A stretch of DNA of 60,498 bases from Candidatus Protoclostridium stercorigallinarum (GCA_019113275.1 DXHS01000069.1:1-60498); one strand, 5' to 3'. Positions 41,289-50,780 are shown, counted from the stretch's first letter. Translations and numbers: made by a program. Notes: generated from the sequence alone by a model not told the origin.

Positions 41289-43850
41289 ATGGCATTGTCG
41301 CCGATGATGAAACAATATCTCGAGATCAAGGAACAGAACAGTGACTGCATACTCATGTTCCGCCTCGGGGATTTTTACGAGATGTTCTTCGAGGATGCGA
41401 AGATCGCAAGCAAAGAACTCGACCTCGTGCTCACGGGAAGAGACTGCGGGCTGGAAGAGCGCGCCCCCATGTGCGGGGTTCCTTTCCACGCGGTGGACGG
41501 GTATATCGCCAAGCTCGTCAATGCCGGGCATAAAGTAGCGATATGCGAACAGACGAACATCCCCGCAAAAGGTCTCGCAACGCGCGATATCGTCCGCGTG
41601 ATAACTCCCGGGACCGTGATGGAGAGCGATATGCTCTCCGCGGATTCCAACAACTATCTGCTCGCCCTCTGCCTGGAAAACGGTAAAGCGGGCGTTTGCT
41701 GGGCCGACATTTCGACGGGCGAATTCAACAGAGCGACGATAGACGCACAGATAAATCTCCGTCTCAACGACCTGCTGCTGCGCATAGGTCCCGCGGAGAT
41801 TATATGCAATCCCGGGATGAAAGAGCAGAGCCGTTCGCTCTCCGCCGTCAAATACGGCAGCGTATGCGAGTTCCGCATGCTCGACGAAAGCGAATTCGAT
41901 CTCGGAAAAGCCCGCGAGATAATACCGCGGATGTGCAAGGATTCCGCGAACATCCTGAAAGAAGAAGACGTCTGCGTCAGAGCTTGCGGCGCATTACTGC
42001 GCTATGTAAAGCAGACGCAAAAACGCGAACTCGATTATATCCGACCCGAAAGACCCGAAGGCAACGTTATGCTGATAGACAATAACGCCGCAAAAACGCT
42101 CGAACTGCTCGTTTCGAGCAACGGCAAGAAACAGGGATCGGTATACTCCGCAATAAACAAGACTCAAACGGGCATGGGAGCGCGGCTGCTCGGCAAAAGG
42201 CTCGCAGCCCCGTCAGCCGACGAAAGAACGATAAACGACCGGCTGGACGGCGTCGCCGAACTTACCGCAGACAGGTTGCTCCGCGCAGAAACGAGCGAAG
42301 CGCTTTCCGGCATCGCGGATATCGAGCGTATCGCCGCTCGCATAGCTTACGGCAGCATAACGCCCAAAGAATGCGTGACTCTGGCAATATCGCTCGGAAA
42401 TCTCGTTACGCTCAAAGCCGCCCTCGGTAAATGCGGATCGCGCATTCTCTCGGGTCTGGCTTCCTCACTCGATACCTTAGGCGACGTAGCCGCGCTCATC
42501 CGCTCGGCAATAGCGGACGAGCCGAATACGTTCGTCAGAGACGGCGGCGTGATACGCAGCGGGTACAACGAAGAGCTCGACGAATACCGAGCAGTCTCCT
42601 CGGACTCAAAGTCCATACTCGCCAAGATCGAAGCGGAACAGAAAGAACGCACGCAGATAAAAAATCTCCGCATAGGATACAACTCGGTCTTCGGCTACTA
42701 CATCGAAGTGCCGAAAGCGCAGGCGGAAAACGTGCCGTACGATTATGTGCGGAAACAGACTCTCGCCAATGCCGAAAGGTACATAACCGAAGAGCTTAAA
42801 ACGATAGAGGATAAGATACTCCACGCAGAAGAGAAAGCGCTCGCTCTCGAGCAAAAGCTGTATAACGAGCTCGTATCCGCACTTTCCGCTCACTGCGACC
42901 GACTGCTTTCCTCCGCAAGAACGATAGCCGAAGCGGACGTCATATGCTCCAATGCCGAAGTAGCCGCAAAGTACAAGTACGTGCGCCCCGTTGTCTCCGC
43001 GGCGTCTCACGAGATAAAGATAAAAGAGGGCAGGCACCTTATCGTGGAACGCATGGGACAGGAAGCATTCGTTCCCAACGATACCTATATTAACGACGGC
43101 GACAGCCGCACGATGATAATCACCGGACCCAATATGGCCGGAAAGAGCATATACATGCGGCAGGTGGCGCTCATCGTCATACTCGCACAGACGGGATCCT
43201 TCGTCCCGGCAGACAGCGCCGAACTCTGCATTACCGACAGAGTATTCACACGCGTGGGAGCAAGCGACGATCTGCATACGGGCAGAAGCACGTTCATGGT
43301 GGAAATGAGCGAAGTATCTTATATACTCGGCAATGCCACCGACCGCAGCCTCATACTTCTCGACGAAGTGGGCAGGGGAACATCCACATACGACGGACTC
43401 AGTATCGCCTGGGCGATAATCGAATATATATCGCAGAAATTCAAAGCCAAAACGCTGTTTTCCACGCACTATCACGAACTTACGGATATCGAAGGCACGA
43501 TAGAAGGCGTAAAGAACTATAAAATGACGGTCAAGGAACTCGGCGGAAATATAGTGTTCATGCGCAAGCTGTTGCGCGGCAGCGCGAACCGCAGTTTCGG
43601 CATAGAAGTCGCGGGACTTTCGGGGCTGCCGAAAGAAGTCGTCGACAGGGCGAAACAGCACCTCAAACAGCTGGACAAACTGAATATCGCGAGGCAGGAC
43701 GCTAGCCCTTATCAGCAGCTTTCGATATTCAATACCAACGGTTCTGGCGAGATCATAAAGATATTGCGCGATCTCGATATGGACGATATCAGCCCGCGCA
43801 GCGCTTACGACATACTCGCGGATCTTAAAGAGAAGGCGGAAGAAAAATGA
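41289..43850 (+). CDS. mutS: DNA mismatch repair protein MutS
   Basis: SPMMKQYLEIK, FYEMFFEDA, Walker A ITGPNMAGKS. Confidence 0.98.
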   Translation: MALSPMMKQYLEIKEQNSDCILMFRLGDFYEMFFEDAKIASKELDLVLTGRDCGLEERAPMCGVPFHAVDGYIAKLVNAGHKVAICEQTNIPAKGLATRDIVRVITPGTVMESDMLSADSNNYLLALCLENGKAGVCWADISTGEFNRATIDAQINLRLNDLLLRIGPAEIICNPGMKEQSRSLSAVKYGSVCEFRMLDESEFDLGKAREIIPRMCKDSANILKEEDVCVRACGALLRYVKQTQKRELDYIRPERPEGNVMLIDNNAAKTLELLVSSNGKKQGSVYSAINKTQTGMGARLLGKRLAAPSADERTINDRLDGVAELTADRLLRAETSEALSGIADIERIAARIAYGSITPKECVTLAISLGNLVTLKAALGKCGSRILSGLASSLDTLGDVAALIRSAIADEPNTFVRDGGVIRSGYNEELDEYRAVSSDSKSILAKIEAEQKERTQIKNLRIGYNSVFGYYIEVPKAQAENVPYDYVRKQTLANAERYITEELKTIEDKILHAEEKALALEQKLYNELVSALSAHCDRLLSSARTIAEADVICSNAEVAAKYKYVRPVVSAASHEIKIKEGRHLIVERMGQEAFVPNDTYINDGDSRTMIITGPNMAGKSIYMRQVALIVILAQTGSFVPADSAELCITDRVFTRVGASDDLHTGRSTFMVEMSEVSYILGNATDRSLILLDEVGRGTSTYDGLSIAWAIIEYISQKFKAKTLFSTHYHELTDIEGTIEGVKNYKMTVKELGGNIVFMRKLLRGSANRSFGIEVAGLSGLPKEVVDRAKQHLKQLDKLNIARQDASPYQQLSIFNTNGSGEIIKILRDLDMDDISPRSAYDILADLKEKAEEK

Positions 43851-45757
43851 GTAAGATAAACGTACTCGGTCAGGAAGTATTCAACCGTATAGCCGCCGGC
43901 GAAGTAGTGGACAAACCGGCGTCCGTCGTCAAAGAACTCGTGGAAAACAGCGTAGACAGCGGCGCCACGAGCATAGACATCACGGTAAAAGACGGCGGCA
44001 GATATATCAAAGTGGCGGACAACGGCTGCGGCATAGAATATTCCGACCTTAAAACGGCATTCATGCCGCACGCCACGAGCAAGATAAAAGACCTGTCCGA
44101 CCTGGACGCCATTTCCACGCTCGGTTTTCGCGGCGAAGCCCTGCCGAGCATAGCTTCAGTCGCGCACGTTTCATTGACTTCCCGCCGAAAAGAAGACGAA
44201 ACGGGCGGACGGATAGTCATCGAAAACGGCAAAGTACTCGAAGAAACCGTCGTCGGCGCGCCGTGCGGCACGACGGTGATCGTATCCGACTTATTCGCGA
44301 ACGTGCCCGCCCGCCTGAAATTCCTCCGTTCCGCCCGCAGCGAGGAAGGCGAGATCGCTTCGCTCGTCCAGCGTTTCATTCTCGCAAATCACAACGTGGC
44401 GATCTCTCTCACTACGGAAGACAAGGAGATATATCGCTCCGAAGGAAAAGGGCTGGAAGAGGCGGCATTTGCGGCTCTCGGGGAAAACGTGCTTAAAGAG
44501 TACGACTATATCCACGCAAGCGTTCCCGGCTCCGAGGTATACGGATATATAAGCAAGCCGGCGTTTTCCAAACACAACCGTTCATACCAGACGCTCATCG
44601 TGAACGGCAGGTATGTCGTGAACGGCGACATATCGTTCTGGATATACAACTGCTGCTCGCACATCCTCATGAAAAGGCAGTATCCGGCGTATGCGATATT
44701 CATCAACGTCCCGCCGGATATGGTGGATATCAACGTCCATCCGAGCAAAATGGAAGTCAAATTCATCGATCTCGGCGGGATAAAAAGACTGCTGTCCAAA
44801 GCGATAAACGAGTCGCTCGCACGCACGAGCTCGGAGCCTAAACTGATAGAGCGCGAGATCCCCGCGGACGAAAAAACATTCGGAACGGATACGCTGCGTT
44901 TTGCTGCCGACGACTCCATCGGAGCGGGCGAAATAGCGCTGGCGGGCGAAACGCCTTTCACCGACGTGCGCGAAAACGCGGACGAAACAAAAAGCAGCGT
45001 AGTGATGCCCGTAAGATCGATGTTCGTGCCGACGTCAGAACGCGAGTACCGCGCGCCTCTCAAAAACGAGCAAAGCCAAACGTTCGCCGAAGTAACGCGC
45101 GAAAAAGAGAAGCCGTCGCAATATTCACTGCTCAAAGACATTCTTTCGGATACCGAAAAAGAAAGGGACAGCTATACGGACATCTCCCGGCACCGCTATT
45201 GCGGAAAGCTGTTCAATACATACCTTTTGCTCGAAAGTCACGACGAAGTGATACTTATCGATCAGCATGCCGCACACGAGCGCATGCTGTACGACGATCT
45301 CGTCAAAGCGGTGGAAGCCGGCAGAAATACCGTACAGGATCTGCTTCTGCCGTACATATTCGACGTGAGCTATTCCGAAGCGGAGCTTATCGACTCGCAT
45401 TTAAGCGAGATAAGATCCATCGGCTTTACTCTCGAGCGTTTGTCGGGGAACAGTTATTCGCTGTCATCCGTGCCGCTGGCTCTGAGCGATATGGATCTTT
45501 CGGGATTCGTATCCGACATGACCGAACTTCTCAAACGCGGAAGTTTCGGCAAATCCGCGCTCCTGAAAAATTCCCTTATGCAGAGCGCATGCAAAGCGGC
45601 GATCAAAGGAGAAACGGATATAACGGACGACGACGCAAAGCTCCTCATCCGCGATATCTGCGAAAGACGCATCGAATTGTTCTGCCCGCACGGCAGACCG
45701 ATCGCCGTGCGCATAAAAAAGACGGAGATCGAAAAATGGTTCAAGCGGATAGTCTGA
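43847..45757 (+). CDS. mutL: DNA mismatch repair protein MutL
   Basis: IAAGEVVDKPASVVKELVENS.D, GFRGEAL. ATGA overlap with mutS. Confidence 0.97.
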   Translation: MSKINVLGQEVFNRIAAGEVVDKPASVVKELVENSVDSGATSIDITVKDGGRYIKVADNGCGIEYSDLKTAFMPHATSKIKDLSDLDAISTLGFRGEALPSIASVAHVSLTSRRKEDETGGRIVIENGKVLEETVVGAPCGTTVIVSDLFANVPARLKFLRSARSEEGEIASLVQRFILANHNVAISLTTEDKEIYRSEGKGLEEAAFAALGENVLKEYDYIHASVPGSEVYGYISKPAFSKHNRSYQTLIVNGRYVVNGDISFWIYNCCSHILMKRQYPAYAIFINVPPDMVDINVHPSKMEVKFIDLGGIKRLLSKAINESLARTSSEPKLIEREIPADEKTFGTDTLRFAADDSIGAGEIALAGETPFTDVRENADETKSSVVMPVRSMFVPTSEREYRAPLKNEQSQTFAEVTREKEKPSQYSLLKDILSDTEKERDSYTDISRHRYCGKLFNTYLLLESHDEVILIDQHAAHERMLYDDLVKAVEAGRNTVQDLLLPYIFDVSYSEAELIDSHLSEIRSIGFTLERLSGNSYSLSSVPLALSDMDLSGFVSDMTELLKRGSFGKSALLKNSLMQSACKAAIKGETDITDDDAKLLIRDICERRIELFCPHGRPIAVRIKKTEIEKWFKRIV

Positions 45758-46662
45758 ACAAAGAACGCATAATAGTTATCGGCGGTCCCACGTGCGTGGG
45801 CAAATCCGATTATGCGGTCAATATCGCGCTGAAATATGACGGAGAGATAGTCAACGCGGATTCCGTTCAGCTTTACAAATATCTCGATATCGGCTCGGGT
45901 AAACTGACCGAAGAGGAGATGAAAGGCGTACCGCACCACCTTATGGATATACTCGAACCGTACGTGGAAAGATATTCGGTCGCGCTGTACTTAAAAGAAG
46001 CAAAGCGTACTATTACAGACATAATATCACGCGGAAAAATGCCGGTGATCGTAGGCGGAACGGGTTTCTACATCAATGCGCTGCTGCACGGATATAACTG
46101 CGGAGGCGCGGGACCGAATTACGAACTGCGCCGCAGGTTAGAAGGTCTGGAAAAAAAATTCGGGAAAGGATATCTTTACGATATGCTTTTACAGCTCGAT
46201 AAGGATACGCTGCTCCATCCGAACGACACGGTCAGGGTGATCAGGCAGCTCGAGCTGTACCTTTCGCCGCAACGCGACGCGGAAGACTCGACGACCGTAT
46301 ATCACGACGCTTACGACGCCGTCCTCGTCGTCATGGACGCCGACAGAGCAAAGCTGGACGAACGCGCGGCAAAGCGCATCGAAGGAATGTTCTCCGCAGG
46401 ATTCATGAAAGAAGTACGCGGTCTTGCCCGATACTTCGGATATAAGTGCATGGATACGGTAGGTTACAAAGAAGCCGTCGCAGGCATACGCCTCGGCAAG
46501 AGCGACGATGAGATCAAAGCTGATATGCGCGCGTCGTATCATAAACTGATAAAAAAGCAGCAGACATTTTTCAAGTGGCTGCAATGGAAGGATAAAGTCG
46601 TGCTTTATGATTGGGACGAAAGGGAAGCAAACGATCGCATAGCGCGATTCATGAAAGGATGA
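45736..46662 (+). CDS. miaA: tRNA dimethylallyltransferase
   Basis: IIVIGGPTCVGKS, NADSVQLYK.LDIGS.K. Overlaps the mutL 3' end. The track ORF 45199 is an upstream extension. Confidence 0.95.
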   Translation: MVQADSLNKERIIVIGGPTCVGKSDYAVNIALKYDGEIVNADSVQLYKYLDIGSGKLTEEEMKGVPHHLMDILEPYVERYSVALYLKEAKRTITDIISRGKMPVIVGGTGFYINALLHGYNCGGAGPNYELRRRLEGLEKKFGKGYLYDMLLQLDKDTLLHPNDTVRVIRQLELYLSPQRDAEDSTTVYHDAYDAVLVVMDADRAKLDERAAKRIEGMFSAGFMKEVRGLARYFGYKCMDTVGYKEAVAGIRLGKSDDEIKADMRASYHKLIKKQQTFFKWLQWKDKVVLYDWDEREANDRIARFMKG

Positions 46663-46666
46663 CCGA

Positions 46667-47887
46667 ATGGATATAGATAAACTGATAAAAGACACCGAAA
46701 ACAAATATGCGGAACGCTTCGCCGAGGCGGACGCCGTCGCTCTTTACAACCAGGAAAAGGTACTCGACGCATTCATAAATTGCCGTATCTCGGCGGGGCA
46801 TTTCGCTCCGACGACCGGTTACGGTTACGACGACATGGGCAGGGAAAAACTCGGTCAGTTGTTTGCCGGGATAATGCACACCGAAGCCGCCATAGCCTCG
46901 ACTCACTTCGCTTCGGGCACGCACACGATAGCCTGCGCGCTGTTCGGACTGCTCCGCCCGGGGCAAAAAGCGCTGTCGCTCTCGGGAATGCCGTATGACA
47001 CGCTGCGCGGCGTGATATTCGGCGAAGAGAACGGTTCTCTGCACGATTTCGGTATAGGATTCGACATCGCCGAGCGCTCGCCCGAAGGATTCGACAAAGC
47101 ACGCATCGCGGCGATGCTCTCGGAAGAAAAATACGCGCTCGTATATATCCAGCGCAGCCCCGGCTACGAACGCCGTAAGGCTTTTTCCGTCGCAGAGATC
47201 GCAGATATCGTCTCGTTCGTGCGGCGATTTACCGACGCCCCCGTCGCGGTGGACAACTGCTACGGCGAATTCGTGGAAAGGGAAGAGCCCACCGACGTAG
47301 GCGCGGATATAGTCATGGGTTCGCTCATAAAAAATCCGGGAGGCGCGATCGCCCCCACGGGCGGCTATATCGCAGGTAAACAAGAACTCATAGATAAGAT
47401 CGGCATGCGGCTCACCGCGCCCGGCGTGGGCACGGAAATAGGCTCCTACGAGCATACCTACAGGAATTTCTTTCAGGGGCTTTTCCTTGCGCCGCACATC
47501 GTCGCCCAAGCGAGAAAAGGCGGACTGCTCTTTGCCGGAGCGCTGGAAGCTCTCGGATACGGCGTATACCCGGCTGCCGACGACGCGAGCGGAGATATCG
47601 TAAGAGTGGTCGACTTCGGAGATAAGGATAAAATGCTCGCATTCTGCCGCGCGGTGCAGGCTGCGTCGCCGATAGACGCAAACGCGCGCCCCGACCCGTG
47701 GGCGATGCCGGGCTATGACGACGAAGTGATAATGGCGTCGGGCAGCTTCGTACAGGGGTCGTCCATCGAGCTCAGCGCAGACGCGCCCGTGCGCCCGCCG
47801 TATTCGCTGTACATCCAGGGCGGCATGACTTACGAGCATGCAAAAATAGCGCTTAAACGTTGTCTGATCTCGCTTAACGCCCGATAG
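46667..47887 (+). CDS. Aluminium-resistance / methionine gamma-lyase family (YnbB-like) PLP protein
   Basis: VLDAF......HF..TTGYGYDD.GREKL motif. 406 aa. Confidence 0.85.
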   Translation: MDIDKLIKDTENKYAERFAEADAVALYNQEKVLDAFINCRISAGHFAPTTGYGYDDMGREKLGQLFAGIMHTEAAIASTHFASGTHTIACALFGLLRPGQKALSLSGMPYDTLRGVIFGEENGSLHDFGIGFDIAERSPEGFDKARIAAMLSEEKYALVYIQRSPGYERRKAFSVAEIADIVSFVRRFTDAPVAVDNCYGEFVEREEPTDVGADIVMGSLIKNPGGAIAPTGGYIAGKQELIDKIGMRLTAPGVGTEIGSYEHTYRNFFQGLFLAPHIVAQARKGGLLFAGALEALGYGVYPAADDASGDIVRVVDFGDKDKMLAFCRAVQAASPIDANARPDPWAMPGYDDEVIMASGSFVQGSSIELSADAPVRPPYSLYIQGGMTYEHAKIALKRCLISLNAR

Positions 47888-47900
47888 ACCGTCAAAACGG

Positions 47901-47933
47901 ACGGAAAGCCGCAGATATATCTGCGGCTTCCGT
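47901..47933. terminator. Hairpin between convergent units
   Basis: ACGGAAAGCCGCAG / CTGCGGCTTCCGT (13 bp, one bulge). A U-run is present only on the minus-strand side. Confidence 0.6.
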
Positions 47934-47939
47934 AATGCG

Positions 47940-48242
47940 TTACCTGAAACTTCTGAACTTATTTTCGAAATTTATCTCGTAATCGAGAATATCCAACTGC
48001 CAGCAAAGTTCGTTGCGTCGGCGATGGCGGCGTGTGCCCGTATTCCCGACGGCAACGACATCGGCGATATTTATCTGTTCGACGTCGGTATTTTCTATAA
48101 GATCTCCGTCGGTATATGCGACGATGTTATCCGTCATTGTGATCACGCCCCAGCTCGCAGACTCATATCTGCCGTAGATCACGCGATCCTTCAGATAAAG
48201 AGTGGTTTCCGATCCGAGACACAGGCAGGTGAGATTTATCAC
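47940..48242 (-). CDS. Hypothetical protein translationally coupled to lexA
   Basis: GTG start overlaps the lexA TGA (GTGA). 100 aa, no recognisable motif. Internal Met 36 is an alternative start. Confidence 0.45.
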   Translation of the reverse strand: MINLTCLCLGSETTLYLKDRVIYGRYESASWGVITMTDNIVAYTDGDLIENTDVEQINIADVVAVGNTGTRRHRRRNELCWQLDILDYEINFENKFRSFR

Positions 48243-48865
48243 ATCGCGCTCCTTATCAGCCCGACGACCTTTCCGACAACGGATATGTCCCGCCCGACGA
48301 TAGGCTCGTATTTCTCGTTTTCCGGCTGCAAGCGGATCGCGTCCGCCTCACGGTAAAAACGCTTGACCGTAACTTCGTCCTCGAGCATAGCGACGACGAT
48401 ATCGCCGTTATTTGCGCTTTCCTGTTTGTTTACGGCTATAAGATCTCCTTCGAGTATGCCCGCATCTATCATACTGTCGCCCTTGACGCGCAGGAAAAAG
48501 AGGGAACTGCCGCGGAAAAGATCGTCGGAAACTTCGATGCTATCCGAAATATTTTCCACCGCAAGCACGGGAGTTCCCGCGGCAACTCGCCCGAGCACAG
48601 GGATACTGCGAAGATGAGTATGCTCTTCTGTCGGCTGCGGACGTTCTTTTCTTCCCGTAACTTCGATAGCGCGGTTTTTGAGCGCGCTCTTTTTGACGAG
48701 CCCGAGCCGCTCGAGCTTGCCGATATGATAAAATATCGTGGAAGCGGATTTGATACCCGTTACTTCGGCGATCTCGCGCAGAGACGGCTGATAACCGTGC
48801 TCGTCCGAATATTCCACTATGTATTCATACACTTTTTTAGTAGTGCCTTTGAGCGCCTCCGCCAT
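48239..48865 (-). CDS. lexA: LexA repressor
   Basis: Winged HTH PSLREIAEVTGIKSASTIFYHIGKLE, cleavage-site region AAG, S24 peptidase core GDSM...VKR. Confidence 0.97.
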   Translation of the reverse strand: MAEALKGTTKKVYEYIVEYSDEHGYQPSLREIAEVTGIKSASTIFYHIGKLERLGLVKKSALKNRAIEVTGRKERPQPTEEHTHLRSIPVLGRVAAGTPVLAVENISDSIEVSDDLFRGSSLFFLRVKGDSMIDAGILEGDLIAVNKQESANNGDIVVAMLEDEVTVKRFYREADAIRLQPENEKYEPIVGRDISVVGKVVGLIRSAM

Positions 48866-48903
48866 AGCGCGAGCCCTCCCTTCATGGATCTTTATTTATA
48901 TTC

Positions 48904-48932
48904 AGTATACGATATTTCAGAAGATTTGTCAA
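48904..48932 (-). promoter_or_regulatory. sigmaA-type promoter TTGACA-17-TATACT for lexA
   Basis: Read on the minus strand. The leader carries a GGGAGGG RBS. Confidence 0.65.
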
Positions 48933-48942
48933 TCATATGTTC
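48931..48942. promoter_or_regulatory. Candidate LexA (Cheo-type) box GAACATATGATT
   Basis: 10 of 12 match to GAAC-N4-GTTC (B. subtilis core GAACATATGTTC). Overlaps the lexA -35 box. Confidence 0.5.
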
Positions 48943-48965
48943 TAAAATTTTTACGCAATAACGGC

Positions 48966-48994
48966 TTGACAGCGACGTCGGGACGTGCTAAACT
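48966..48994 (+). promoter_or_regulatory. sigmaA-type promoter TTGACA-17-TAAACT
   Basis: Read directly. The spacer contains the palindrome CGACGTCG. Confidence 0.55.
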
Positions 48995-49024
48995 GAATAT
49001 GATATACGCAAACGGAGGGAGATA

Positions 49025-49237
49025 ATGAGAAAAATCGCAATAGCCGTAATAATCGTATGCGCGTCCGCCATGCTCGTAACGCTGATAATAGCTCTGACTG
49101 CCCTCGGTAATGGCACGGACATGACGGCATTCATGGTGCTCGCTGTGGTAACGCTCATCATAATAGCCGTACTTCTGGCGACTATCGCCGTGATACTCGC
49201 TGTCATGGCGGATAACTCCAAAAAAGACGATAAATAA
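49025..49237 (+). CDS. Small two-TM membrane protein divergent from lexA
   Basis: GGAGGGAG RBS. 70 aa. Two hydrophobic helices and a KKDDK tail. Followed by a strong terminator. Confidence 0.6.
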   Translation: MRKIAIAVIIVCASAMLVTLIIALTALGNGTDMTAFMVLAVVTLIIIAVLLATIAVILAVMADNSKKDDK

Positions 49238-49244
49238 GTTCATC

Positions 49245-49281
49245 AAAGCCGTCGCAAGACTATCATTGCGACGGCTTTTTG
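49245..49281 (+). terminator. Rho-independent terminator
   Basis: AAAGCCGTCGCAA / TTGCGACGGCTTT (13 bp) plus a T-run. Confidence 0.85.
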
Positions 49282-49315
49282 TTATAATAACGGATATTAT
49301 ATAATTAAATAATAA

Positions 49316-50383
49316 CTAATTTCCGTCGCGGTCGGCAATGCGTGTGACTTCCGCGGCATGTTTTTTATGTTCTTCGCTCATCTGCGCATAATGCTTCTTG
49401 GTGGTATTCACATCCGAGTGTCCGAGCACGTCGGCTACCACGTAAATATCCTCGGTCTCGCGGTAAAGATTGGTGGCGTATGTACTGCGCAGCTTATGCG
49501 GCGTTATTTTTTTGAGAGGCGCGGCGGGGGAGGCATATTTTTTTACGAGCTTCTCGACCGTACGCACGCCTATACGCGTACCCTGCAACGAATAAAACAA
49601 TGCGTCGGGATCTTTGATCTTTGCCGCAAACTCGGTATTGTTTGCGATCTGCTCATCCAGCCAATCGACGTAGGTACGCAATGCGTCCAGCGTTTCGACA
49701 GGCATGTAAAGTATGCTGCGATTGCCGCCCTTACGCGTAACGACAAACGACGAATTTTCAAAATCTATATCGTTGCGGTTAAGTCCGACAAGCTCGCTGA
49801 CTCGGATGCCCGTTCCGAGAAAAACGTACATTATCGCCATGTCGCGTTCCTTGGTCACGGAATTATACGACTTCTCGCGCTCGGTCAGCATATCGCCGCA
49901 AGCGACGGTATCTATGAGCCGACCGACTTCGTCAGGCTCGAGACGGACTATCGGCTTATCGTGAAGCTTAGGCATATCCACTTTGAGCGTTACGTTGGAG
50001 CTTATGATCTCTTTTTTATAGAGATATTTATACAGCGATCTGAGCGACGACAGCTTGCGCTCCTTGGCTTTTTCTCCGCAGGAAAGGCGTTTTCCGCCCA
50101 GCACATACGACGACAGCCCGTCAATATAACGCTCTATATCGTGCGGAGCAAGGCACTCGATATCGTTAGCAGAAAGCTCCGCCATCGTTTTTCCGGGATA
50201 TTTATACTTTATAAGGTAGGAGAAAAATATGCCGATGTCCGTCACATAATTGAGGCGCGTCAGAACGGAAGTCTGCGAAGATATGCCTACGATGAACTGT
50301 CCCACAAATTCGGGCATTTCGGCAAGCAATCTGTCTATTTTCTCGAGATTTTTATCGTCGCGTTGTTTGAAATAATCGCTCAT
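49316..50383 (-). CDS. Tyrosine recombinase (XerC/XerD / phage-integrase family)
   Basis: N-terminal SAM-like domain. Catalytic region GIRVSEL, HKLRSTYAT, LGHSDVNTTKKHY. Confidence 0.9.
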   Translation of the reverse strand: MSDYFKQRDDKNLEKIDRLLAEMPEFVGQFIVGISSQTSVLTRLNYVTDIGIFFSYLIKYKYPGKTMAELSANDIECLAPHDIERYIDGLSSYVLGGKRLSCGEKAKERKLSSLRSLYKYLYKKEIISSNVTLKVDMPKLHDKPIVRLEPDEVGRLIDTVACGDMLTEREKSYNSVTKERDMAIMYVFLGTGIRVSELVGLNRNDIDFENSSFVVTRKGGNRSILYMPVETLDALRTYVDWLDEQIANNTEFAAKIKDPDALFYSLQGTRIGVRTVEKLVKKYASPAAPLKKITPHKLRSTYATNLYRETEDIYVVADVLGHSDVNTTKKHYAQMSEEHKKHAAEVTRIADRDGN

Positions 50384-50389
50384 AAATAA

Positions 50390-50418
50390 AGTATAGCAGA
50401 CCGCACGCTCTTTGTCAA
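50390..50418 (-). promoter_or_regulatory. sigmaA-type promoter TTGACA-17-TATACT, 6 nt upstream of the recombinase ATG
   Basis: Minus strand reads TTGACA..TATACT-TTATTT-ATG. No Shine-Dalgarno. The -35 box is embedded in the palindrome GCTCTT..AAGAGC. Confidence 0.55.
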
Positions 50419-50780
50419 GAGCGAAAATATAAATATATATACTATTACAGACATAGTACTATGAAAAATTTGTATAAATTTTGAAACATTCTTATATGAC
50501 GAAAGATAGGGCAAAACCCACACATTTGTATAGTAAACGGCGCAAGAATTTTGCAAGCATCGTCTCGTGCCGCTTAGCGCGCTCTGTACGCTACGCGCGC
50601 TCACGCGTTCGGTCATCGTACATACAACCGCACGACAGGACGCCGCGCAATTGTGCGCCAAAATCAAGGCGCAGCATATAACGCCGTTGTACAACGCGTC
50701 CGCAAAAAAGCATGCCGCAAAATTACAATTATAAGGATGAAAATAGCGGCAGATCCCCTCCGGCATCAAAATTTTGCACC

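Noticed and set aside
48989-49020. A second LexA box in the promoter or leader of the small membrane gene (GAATATGATATA).
   Set aside because: Only about 5 of 12 positions match GAAC-N4-GTTC. It is not credible as an SOS box.
50384-50470. A dif-like Xer site in the AT-rich stretch next to the recombinase.
   Set aside because: I could not align it convincingly to the Bacillus-type dif (ACTTCCTAGAATATATATTATGTAAACT). Only the ATATAT core is shared.
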